From an uncultured Clostridia bacterium (GTDB lineage: Bacteria > Bacillota > Clostridia > Christensenellales > UBA1242): a stretch of 64,000 bases of DNA. This document shows, one piece after another, positions 56,842 to 64,000 of the stretch (the stretch's first letter is position 1; every line of letters starts with the position of its first letter). The notes under the pieces were generated by a model. It was not told where the DNA came from. It saw only the letters and a list, made by a program, of their open reading frames with translations, and made no database searches. A program made the translations under genes and the position numbers. The stretch lies in contig CALVMJ010000004.1 of assembly GCA_944345365.1 (NCBI GenBank), forward strand, positions 1,457 to 65,456. The letters are read 5' to 3'.

Positions 56842-58911
56842 CTATTCTTCTATATTTCGTGAGTACTCACAAGCTTGCTCAGAACAAACTATTTTCTTGC
56901 CCTTTACTATTAAATATCCCGAGCATTTTGGACATTTTTCACCTGTAGGTGGATACCAACTCATAAATTTACAATCGGGATAACCACTGCAAGAGTAAAA
57001 CAACTTTCCTGTTTTGCTCTTCCTTGCAAAAACATCTTTCCCGCACTCCGGACATTTACCAGCAGGTTTTTCTTTTTCGTTTGGCAAAGGCATTATATTT
57101 TTACATTTTGGAAAATTGGCACAACCCAAAAATTTTCCAAACTTACCTGTCCTAACAACCATCTTGCTTCCACATTTTTCACAAACAACATCTGTTTCAA
57201 TAGGAGCTTCCTTTAATAAGACTGATGTATCTGCTCCAGCTTTAACAAGTAGTTCCGAAAATCCCTTCCAAAAACTTTCAACAACCTCCTTCCAAGGTTC
57301 TCCACTGTTTGCAATATCATCCAATCGATTCTCCATGTGTGCAGTGAATTTAACATTAATTATGGAGCTAAAAAACCTGTCCAAATATTCTGTTATTTTC
57401 TTTCCAAGCTTTGTTGGAACAAGGGCTTTACCTTCTTTTTTTGCATAGTCTCTTGCAGTTAGAACGGTAATAGTTGCCGCATAAGTTGCAGGACGCCCTA
57501 TTCCTTTTTCTTCCATTGCCTTAACGAGGCTTGCCTCTGTGTATCTGGCTGGTGGTTTTGTAAATTTCTGCTCCGACATAACATCTATTTTTTTAAGAAT
57601 TTCACCTTCTTCTAAGACAGGCAACTTGCTCACATCACTTTTTTCTTCCTCAGAATATTCTTTGTAGACTGCCGTGTAGCCAGGAAAATTTAATGTTTTT
57701 CCTGTTGCTTTAAAAGTATATTTATCGCTATCAATGTTTGCACTAACACTAAAATATTCGGCATCAGACATTTGACTTGCCAAGAATCTCTCATAAATAA
57801 GTTTATATAGCCTATAATTATCACTTGAAAGAGATGATTTAACCATTTCTGGTTTCATCTTAATATTAATAGGTCTTATTGCCTCGTGGGCATCTTGTGC
57901 ATTCTTTTTGCTAGCATATATATTTGGCTTTGATGGAACAAATTTTTCCCCATAAACTTCCTTAACATAATCTAAACAGGCTTTCTGAGCATCGCTAGAA
58001 ACACGAGTTGAGTCTGTTCTTATATATGTAATAAGAGCAATTTTGCCCTCTCCTTCAACATTGACTCCTTCGTAAAGCTCTTGTGCCGATGAAGTTGTGC
58101 GTTTAAGGCTCATTCCAAGCTTGTTTAAGGCATCTTGTTGCATGGTGCTTGTCGTAAAAGGAGCCGGAGCATGAGATTTTGTATTGGATTTCTTTATGTT
58201 TTTAACTATAAAATCGTTTACATTTATCTTATCTAGAACTTCTTGAGCTTCAGCTTTATTCTTTGGAACAAACTTCTTACCATTCTTAAGAGATAACGAT
58301 GCCTTAAACTTTTGTTTATTTTTTTCAAACTCAGCAGTAATATTCCAATATTCCTCTGGCTTAAAGTTTTCTATTTCCCTTTCCCTGTCAACTACGAGTT
58401 TTAATGCAACTGACTGAACCCTTCCAGCGCTGAGTTTAGGGTGAATTTTCTTGCACAAAATCGGAGATAATTTATATCCCACAATCCTATCAAGAACTCT
58501 TCTTGCTTGTTGAGCATCAACTAAATTTTGATTAATTTTTCTTGGTTTTAAAAGAGCATTCTGCACTGCTTTTTGAGATATCTCATTAAACTCAATTCTG
58601 CATTTATCATCAGCGTTAAGATCCAAAACATAGGCAATATGCCAAGAAATTGCTTCTCCTTCTCTATCTGGGTCGGTTGCAATTAAAATTTCTTCAGCCT
58701 TTTTAGCTTTTTGTTTAAGCTGAGAAATAAGCTCCTTTTTTTCTGGCATTATTTCATAATGTGGCTGGAAATTATTTTTGACATCAATACCATAACTTTT
58801 CACAGGCAAATCTCTGATGTGTCCCTTGGTTGCAAAAACTTCATATCCTTGACCAAGATATTTTTTCAATGTCTCTCTTTTTGCCGGTGCTTCAATAATG
58901 ATTAATTTCAA
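56842..58911 (-). CDS. topA: DNA topoisomerase I
   Basis: TOPRIM start (LIIIEAPAKRETL), an active-site region, and three C-terminal C4 zinc ribbons. Confidence 0.95.
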   Translation of the reverse strand: MKLIIIEAPAKRETLKKYLGQGYEVFATKGHIRDLPVKSYGIDVKNNFQPHYEIMPEKKELISQLKQKAKKAEEILIATDPDREGEAISWHIAYVLDLNADDKCRIEFNEISQKAVQNALLKPRKINQNLVDAQQARRVLDRIVGYKLSPILCKKIHPKLSAGRVQSVALKLVVDREREIENFKPEEYWNITAEFEKNKQKFKASLSLKNGKKFVPKNKAEAQEVLDKINVNDFIVKNIKKSNTKSHAPAPFTTSTMQQDALNKLGMSLKRTTSSAQELYEGVNVEGEGKIALITYIRTDSTRVSSDAQKACLDYVKEVYGEKFVPSKPNIYASKKNAQDAHEAIRPINIKMKPEMVKSSLSSDNYRLYKLIYERFLASQMSDAEYFSVSANIDSDKYTFKATGKTLNFPGYTAVYKEYSEEEKSDVSKLPVLEEGEILKKIDVMSEQKFTKPPARYTEASLVKAMEEKGIGRPATYAATITVLTARDYAKKEGKALVPTKLGKKITEYLDRFFSSIINVKFTAHMENRLDDIANSGEPWKEVVESFWKGFSELLVKAGADTSVLLKEAPIETDVVCEKCGSKMVVRTGKFGKFLGCANFPKCKNIMPLPNEKEKPAGKCPECGKDVFARKSKTGKLFYSCSGYPDCKFMSWYPPTGEKCPKCSGYLIVKGKKIVCSEQACEYSRNIEE

Positions 58912-58941
58912 ATTTAAAACCTCCTATAATTTCAAATGGTA

Positions 58942-60012
58942 TTAAATAGTAGAATAAACATCTCCTGCCATCTTTTTAATTATACCACGAATTTCCAACG
59001 AAACAAGCAAACTATTGAGCTTATTTACCTCCATTTTAGCTTTTTCAAATAGAAATTCAACATTTTTCTCGCCATCTTCAAGTAAATTTAAAATAATTTG
59101 TTCATCGATGCTAAGTTGTAAAGATTTTTTGTAACTACTTTTTTTAATCCCAAAGTCCTGCAAAATATCATTTGGCGATAAAACGCACTGCCCTTGTGAA
59201 TATGCAATTATGTAGTTTGTTCCTTCGCTTTTTGGGCTCGTTATGTTACCGGGAACTGCATATATTTTAATCCCGTTATCAAGCGCAAAATCTTTTGTGA
59301 TAATCGTTCCACTTTTCGACCCTGCTTCTGTAATTAAAACCCCATCAGAAAGTCCGGCAACTATTCTGTTTCGTAATGGGAAGCTATATTTAGTAGCAAC
59401 AAAAGATGGGCTAAATTCAGTAATAAGCAGACCTTTCTCCGAAACCTCTCTTGCTAAGTCAGTATGTTCACTTGGATAAATCTTATCAAATCCTCCGCCC
59501 AGAACTGCAATAGTTTTTCCTCCCGATAAAAGACATTGTCTATGTGAAATGCTGTCCACACCGTATGCAAGACCACTTATTATAACAATTCCTGCCACAG
59601 ACAGCTCTTTAGCAAATCTCTCGGTCACAATTTTTCCATAATTTGATGGCATTCTCGTACCAATAATTGCAATCGAGTTGTCATCAAAAAGGGCCAAGTC
59701 CCCTTTGCAAAAGAGAAAAAATGGTGGGTCGTAAATGTTTCTTAATTTTTTGGGATATGAGTTGTCCTCAAAAGACACAAGTTTAATGCTTTTATCAAAA
59801 AGCTTTTCCTTATATTTGTTTAAATAATTTTCATTGGCATTTTGCTGTATTTTATTTATGTTTTCTTTACCAACAATATCAATAAATTCCTTATCAAAGA
59901 CGACATCAAAAGAGAATGCGTCTTGGTCAAAAAAATCAAAAAGATTATGTAACTTCTTACAAGACAAATCAAACGAGGATATGAATGTTAAAAAATCTTT
60001 TCTTGTCACCAC
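58942..60012 (-). CDS. dprA: DNA-processing protein DprA
   Basis: Rossmann-like core IAIIGTRMPSNYG...SGLAYGVDS...GGG.D.IYP, plus a C-terminal winged helix. Confidence 0.85.
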   Translation of the reverse strand: MVTRKDFLTFISSFDLSCKKLHNLFDFFDQDAFSFDVVFDKEFIDIVGKENINKIQQNANENYLNKYKEKLFDKSIKLVSFEDNSYPKKLRNIYDPPFFLFCKGDLALFDDNSIAIIGTRMPSNYGKIVTERFAKELSVAGIVIISGLAYGVDSISHRQCLLSGGKTIAVLGGGFDKIYPSEHTDLAREVSEKGLLITEFSPSFVATKYSFPLRNRIVAGLSDGVLITEAGSKSGTIITKDFALDNGIKIYAVPGNITSPKSEGTNYIIAYSQGQCVLSPNDILQDFGIKKSSYKKSLQLSIDEQIILNLLEDGEKNVEFLFEKAKMEVNKLNSLLVSLEIRGIIKKMAGDVYSTI

Positions 60013-60043
60013 TTCTCCAAATTAATCTAAACAAGAATACTAC

Positions 60044-61588
60044 TTACAAATACTTTCTGTCAAGCGATCTAAAGCTAATTGCCTCTGCAATATGCTCTGG
60101 TAGGATATTTTCTTCACCAGCAAGATCGGCAATAGTTCTTGCAACTTTTAAAATTCTGTCATGAGCTCTTGCACTTAATTTAAGTTTTTCAAAGGCCATT
60201 CTCAGCAAATTTTCACAATCCTGTGAAAGCTTGCAATATTTTTTTGTCGCAGGAACACTCATTTTAGCGTTGCAATAGTTTTTAAAATTACTAAATCTTT
60301 TTATCTGTATTTGCCTCGCCTTATCAACTCTTTGTTTAATAGTTTCAGAAGATTCCTCCTGTAAATCGCTTCTAAGATCATCAAATTTCACATTATCGAC
60401 CTCAATATGAATGTCAATTCTATCAAGTATAGGGCCAGAAATTTTTGCAAGATACTTGTGAATTTGATGAGGTGTACATTTACACTCTCTGTCCTTTGAC
60501 CCAAAATTTCCACAAGGGCAAGGATTCATTGAAGCAATAAGCATAAAACTTGCAGGATATGTAACAGTAAGAGCTGACCTCGCAACTGTTATGACTCCAT
60601 CTTCAAGAGGTTGCCTTAAAGTTTCAATTGTATGCCTTGAATACTCTGGGAATTCATCAAGATATAAAACTCCGTTATGGGCAAGACTTATTTCTCCCGG
60701 CTTACTAAAAGTTCCTCCTCCCGTCAAGCTGACAGTCGAAGAAGTGTGATGAGGGGTTCTAAATGGCCTTGAAGAAACAATCCCTTTCTTGTAATCAAGC
60801 TCGCCTGCAATAGAGTGAATTTTTGTAACTTCCAAAGCTTCCTCAAATGTCATATCAGGAAGAATGCTAGGAAAACATTTTGCAAGCATACTCTTTCCAC
60901 TCCCAGGCGGGCCAATCATAATAACATTATGTCCACCAGCTGCAGCAATCTCCAATGCTCTTTTCGCCTTTGCTTGACCTTTGACAAAACAAAAATCAAG
61001 GCCGTCATTAACGGTTGAAACAACACTCTGATAATCCTTTACCTCGACAGGCAAAAGATTTTTTCTTCCCAAAATGAAATCAATAGTCTCTTTTAAAGAT
61101 GAAACTCCAAAAACCTCGACTCCTGAAATAAAACCTGCCTCAGCGAGGTTATCTTTTGGAATTACAAACTTTTTAAAACCCAGTTTTCGTGCTGAAATTA
61201 AAATTGGTAAAACCCCTTTAACTTTTTTAACTCCTCCGTCAAGAGATAACTCACCAATAAATACAATATCCTTGTTTCTTTCAAAAAGAAGAGCAGACTG
61301 AATCGAATTTTCACTTGCACCCAAAAGACCGATAGCCATCGCCAAATCATAATTAGCACCTTCTTTTTTTATGTCTGCAGGTGCAAGATTGATTGTTATT
61401 TTCTTCTGAGGATAATTAAATCCAGAGTTAATGATTGCAAACCTAATTCTTTCCTTCGCTTCTTTAACAGTCGTGTCACCAAGCCCAACAACATCAAACT
61501 TAGGCAATCCATTAATGGTATCTGATTCAACCTCAACCAAAAAGCCATCAATCCCCAACAACCCAAAACTTTTAACTTTAGTAAGCAT
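60044..61588 (-). CDS. comM: YifB/ComM-family Mg-chelatase-like AAA+ ATPase
   Basis: Lon-like N-terminal domain, Walker A GPPGSGKS, and C-terminal LSARAHDRILKVARTIADL. Confidence 0.9.
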   Translation of the reverse strand: MLTKVKSFGLLGIDGFLVEVESDTINGLPKFDVVGLGDTTVKEAKERIRFAIINSGFNYPQKKITINLAPADIKKEGANYDLAMAIGLLGASENSIQSALLFERNKDIVFIGELSLDGGVKKVKGVLPILISARKLGFKKFVIPKDNLAEAGFISGVEVFGVSSLKETIDFILGRKNLLPVEVKDYQSVVSTVNDGLDFCFVKGQAKAKRALEIAAAGGHNVIMIGPPGSGKSMLAKCFPSILPDMTFEEALEVTKIHSIAGELDYKKGIVSSRPFRTPHHTSSTVSLTGGGTFSKPGEISLAHNGVLYLDEFPEYSRHTIETLRQPLEDGVITVARSALTVTYPASFMLIASMNPCPCGNFGSKDRECKCTPHQIHKYLAKISGPILDRIDIHIEVDNVKFDDLRSDLQEESSETIKQRVDKARQIQIKRFSNFKNYCNAKMSVPATKKYCKLSQDCENLLRMAFEKLKLSARAHDRILKVARTIADLAGEENILPEHIAEAISFRSLDRKYL

Positions 61589-61637
61589 TAAATCCTCCGT
61601 TATGAGCTAATTTTAGCACAAACTTTAAAAAAAACAA

Positions 61638-61668
61638 AAAAAATATCACACAACAGTGTGATATTTTT
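61638..61668 (-). terminator. rplS terminator
   Basis: AAAAATATCACAC-TGTT-GTGTGATATTTTTTTT on the minus strand. Confidence 0.8.
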
Positions 61669-61675
61669 AAATTTA

Positions 61676-62026
61676 TTAATTGTTATCAGCTGCTTTAATC
61701 TTTGCGGCTTTTCCAGTAAGATTTCTAACATAGTAAAGCTTTGCTCTGCTAGGCTTACCTTTTCTTGTCACTTCAACATTGGCAACTAATGGAGAATGAA
61801 CTGGGAAGGTTCTTTCAACGCCAACGCCATTTGAAATCTTTCTAACAGTAAAAGTTTCTCTGATTCCACCATTTTTTCTTGCAATCACAACGCCTTCATA
61901 TGCCTGTATTCTTTCCTTGTCTCCTTCTTTGATTTTTACAGAAACTTTAACAGTATCTCCAACATTAAATGAAGGAATGGTTTCTTTCATGTTTTCTTTT
62001 TCAATTTGATCAATAATATTAGCCAT
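61676..62026 (-). CDS. rplS: 50S ribosomal protein L19
   Basis: [56 protein letters not shown]. Confidence 0.95.
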   Translation of the reverse strand: MANIIDQIEKENMKETIPSFNVGDTVKVSVKIKEGDKERIQAYEGVVIARKNGGIRETFTVRKISNGVGVERTFPVHSPLVANVEVTRKGKPSRAKLYYVRNLTGKAAKIKAADNN

Positions 62027-62129
62027 GACTTATCTCCTTTTTTCAGATTTTCGACAAAGTGTTCATAGAATTTCCCAGCGGACCACCCGAAGTCTTTGTA
62101 ATTTTATCATAAAGCAAAATAAAAAGCAA
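62027..62129 (-). promoter_or_regulatory. rplS promoter plus structured 5' leader (possible L19 autoregulatory leader)
   Basis: Minus strand reads TTGCTT (62124-62129), a 17-nt spacer, (TGa)TAAAAT (62101-62106), then the leader ACAAAGACTTCGGGTGGTCCGCTGGGAAATTCTATGAACACTTTGT. The closing stem is ACAAAG/CTTTGT around a GC-rich core. AAGGAG SD follows. Confidence 0.45.
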
Positions 62130-62153
62130 GTATTTTTGATAATTTATTGGATT

Positions 62154-62519
62154 TTATTTTACCATTTCCTCCTCTTTTTTGACATTATCACTGTCAATAT
62201 CGTCATTTTTGTGTGGATTATCTTTAATATCTTCTTTTTCCTGCTCGGAAGGCCCTTCTGGTGTTACATCTTCAAAATAATTGTCATCGTGCTCCCCATT
62301 TGGAAGATTATCAATTTCCTCTTCTATTATATGATCGTTTGGATCACTTCCAGGTGCAGTAAGATTATTGTTTGGGACATGACCAAACCTAAAAGCCAAA
62401 TAGCCACCAAGCGTTAAAACTGCAACGCAAGGCAATGCAATTCCAACCACCTTAAAACCCTTTTTCAATCTTACTCGGTTGATAGCGCCAACCTGATTAA
62501 ATCTTTTTTTCTTTACCAT
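62154..62519 (-). CDS. membrane-anchored acidic protein, function unknown
   Basis: Start trimmed to ATG 62519 after GGAGG. Basic N-terminus, one TM segment, and an Asp/Glu-rich low-complexity tail. Confidence 0.45.
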   Translation of the reverse strand: MVKKKRFNQVGAINRVRLKKGFKVVGIALPCVAVLTLGGYLAFRFGHVPNNNLTAPGSDPNDHIIEEEIDNLPNGEHDDNYFEDVTPEGPSEQEKEDIKDNPHKNDDIDSDNVKKEEEMVK

Positions 62520-62597
62520 TTTGCCTCCAAGATTTATAGATAAATTATAGCACAATTAAAAATTTTGTCAATAGGCAAAAATCTTTCCTTAAAAATA

Positions 62598-63836
62598 TTA
62601 AATAGAAACACCTAAAACACCATCTAAAAATTTTTCTTTTATTTTTACATTAACAATATCTCCCACAAAATTTTTGCTTGATTTTAAATAAACTTTAATA
62701 AAATTCATGGAATGACCAACTAGAAAACCTTTTTCATTTTCCTCTATTAAAACACTTAGATTATTGTTCTTTTTCAAAAATTCATCAAATAGTATTGTGT
62801 TTAATTCTTGCAAAGTTTTAACTCTGTTTTTCTTTACTTCGACAGAAGTGTCCTGCATTTTAAAGGCAACAGTTCCTTCTCTTTTTGAATAAGGAAAAAT
62901 GTGAAGACTTGTAAAATTGACATTTTTGATAAATTCAACTGTTTCGCAAAACTCCTTCTCTCCCTCTCCCGGAAAACCAACTATAACATCGGTTGTTATT
63001 CCTGCAAGAGGAAAATATTTTCTTATGATTTCAACTGAGTTGGCAAACTGACTTGCCGTGTAGTGCCTGTTCATTCTTTTTAAAACTTCATCGCTCCCAC
63101 TTTGCAAAGAAAGATGAAAATGTGGGCAAAAATTTTTTAGTTTTGACAATCTTTTAACAAAACTTTCATCTATAATTCCATCTTCGATAGAGCCTAGCCT
63201 AATCCTTTTATCAAACCCATCTAACTTTTCCAATAAGCCAATCAGAGCTTTTTCCCCGTTAATCTTAAAGTCTGCAACATTAATCCCCACCAAAACAATT
63301 TCTTTGACCTCATCTGGCAAATTACTAACTTCCTTTATTATATCATCGACATCACGAGACCGGCTTCTTCCCCTCAAATATGGGATAATACAGTAGGTGC
63401 AAAAGTTGTTACAGCCGTCTTGTATTTTAAGATATGCCCTTGTTCTTGATTGACTTGAAAAAGTCATCTTTTCATATCCTGTCGGCAAGGTGTCCATTTT
63501 TTTTCCTTTTGTTTGCAACTCTTCAATTAATTTTTGTTTTCCAGCAACTCCTTTAACCAAAAAAACACCCTTTTCATCAAACTGACTAGGGTTCTTTTGA
63601 CTGGCGCAACCACAAACATAAATCTTTGCATCAGGGTTAAATTTTTTGCACCTAGCAATCATTTGTCGTGATTTTTTCTCAGCTTCACTTGTTACTGCAC
63701 AAGTGTTAATTATGTAAATATCAGCCCATTCAAGCTTGTCCGAAACTTCGTAGCCTTGCTTTTTAAAATCTTCGCATATCGAATCGCTTTCGTATTTATT
63801 AACCTTACAACCAAGTGAAAAAGTAACAACTTTCAT
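62598..63836 (-). CDS. mtaB: tRNA (t6A37) methylthiotransferase MtaB (radical SAM)
   Basis: UPF0004 N-terminal Cys triad (GCKVN...NTCAVT...GC), radical-SAM CNNFCTYC, and a TRAM-like C-terminus. Order rsmE-mtaB matches B. subtilis yqeU-yqeV. Confidence 0.85.
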   Translation of the reverse strand: MKVVTFSLGCKVNKYESDSICEDFKKQGYEVSDKLEWADIYIINTCAVTSEAEKKSRQMIARCKKFNPDAKIYVCGCASQKNPSQFDEKGVFLVKGVAGKQKLIEELQTKGKKMDTLPTGYEKMTFSSQSRTRAYLKIQDGCNNFCTYCIIPYLRGRSRSRDVDDIIKEVSNLPDEVKEIVLVGINVADFKINGEKALIGLLEKLDGFDKRIRLGSIEDGIIDESFVKRLSKLKNFCPHFHLSLQSGSDEVLKRMNRHYTASQFANSVEIIRKYFPLAGITTDVIVGFPGEGEKEFCETVEFIKNVNFTSLHIFPYSKREGTVAFKMQDTSVEVKKNRVKTLQELNTILFDEFLKKNNNLSVLIEENEKGFLVGHSMNFIKVYLKSSKNFVGDIVNVKIKEKFLDGVLGVSI

Positions 63837-63844
63837 ATCCTCTC

Positions 63845-64000
63845 CTTAATTCCCGCTTAAAATGCTTACCATTCCCACTAAAACAATTGAAGCTGTTTCG
63901 CTCCTTAAGATTCTTTTCCCAAGGCTAACAGATTTTGAATTAATTTCTAGAATTTTTTCTTTTTCAATCTCAGAAAATCCACCTTCTGGCCCAACAATAA
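63845..64000 (-). CDS. rsmE: 16S rRNA (uracil1498-N3)-methyltransferase RsmE, 3' end only; reading frame broken by 1 nt at 63899-63905
   Basis: Manual translation:
- Frame A (63998 to 63900) gives IVGPEGGFSEIEKEKILEINSKSVSLGKRILRR.
- The RsmE-like ending ETASIVLVGMVSILSGN* is in the +1 frame (63898 to 63845).
- Reading on in frame A gives the unrelated tail RNSFNCFSGNGKHF..., running 32 nt into mtaB. Confidence 0.6.

Noticed and set aside
62025-62417. 130-aa plus-strand ORF spanning the rplS leader and the acidic membrane protein gene.
   Set aside because: It is antisense to a promoter/leader and to a minus-strand ORF with a GGAGG RBS. The product is Ile/Phe-rich, as expected from reading AT-rich DNA.

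Overview
This is an AT-rich segment (about 30% GC by eye, not computed) from the core chromosome of a low-GC, apparently spore-forming Firmicute. The Clostridia-like character rests on ytfI-ytfJ plus a DacB/DacF-type carboxypeptidase, GlnRS, a type-2 IleRS behind a T-box, and a long Bacillus-type SRP RNA. All homology calls come from motif recognition by eye; no database search or RNA folding was run.

There are about 70 genes, roughly 90% on the minus strand, and almost all are housekeeping:
- Translation and RNA modification: glnS (partial), lysS, ileS, tadA, rluB, an RluA-family synthase, rlmH, mtaB, rsmE (partial), rpsU, rplS, rsfS, yhbY, hpf, obg.
- Proteostasis: tig-clpP-clpX and tex-mcsA-mcsB-clpC, plus a YwlE-like phosphatase.
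- DNA transactions: dnaG-rpoD, topA, dprA, comM, rmuC, nth.
- Metabolism and envelope: gap, rpiB, plsC, a DAG-kinase-like gene, iscS-iscU, trxA, wecB plus a GT32 glycosyltransferase, two CPBP proteases, and an SLT lytic transglycosylase.
- RNA genes and leaders: tRNA-Thr(CGT), tRNA-Leu(AAG), SRP RNA, an Ile T-box leader, and a probable L19 leader.

I found no CRISPR array, transposase, integrase, prophage or recognisable defence island, and no multi-gene novel system that I can support. The items worth a second look are local oddities:
1. A 75-aa ORF with 17 Cys and 14 Asn behind a strong RBS (42866-43093).
2. A tRNA-Leu whose best fold gives the bacterially rare A34 anticodon AAG, with tadA in the same window.
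3. Four 131-bp tandem three-hairpin units beside tRNA-Thr that share octamers with the tRNA 3' end.
4. A one-nucleotide reading-frame break in the rsmE 3' end, exactly at AAGG-AGG-AGG-C (tandem AGG codons, SD-like).
5. A protein with an HEPN-like Rx4H N-terminal domain fused to a CBS pair.
6. An untracked 58-aa minimal mcsA that overlaps both neighbouring genes, with no ctsR in the window.
7. An amidohydrolase-fold protein that seems to have lost its metal ligands.
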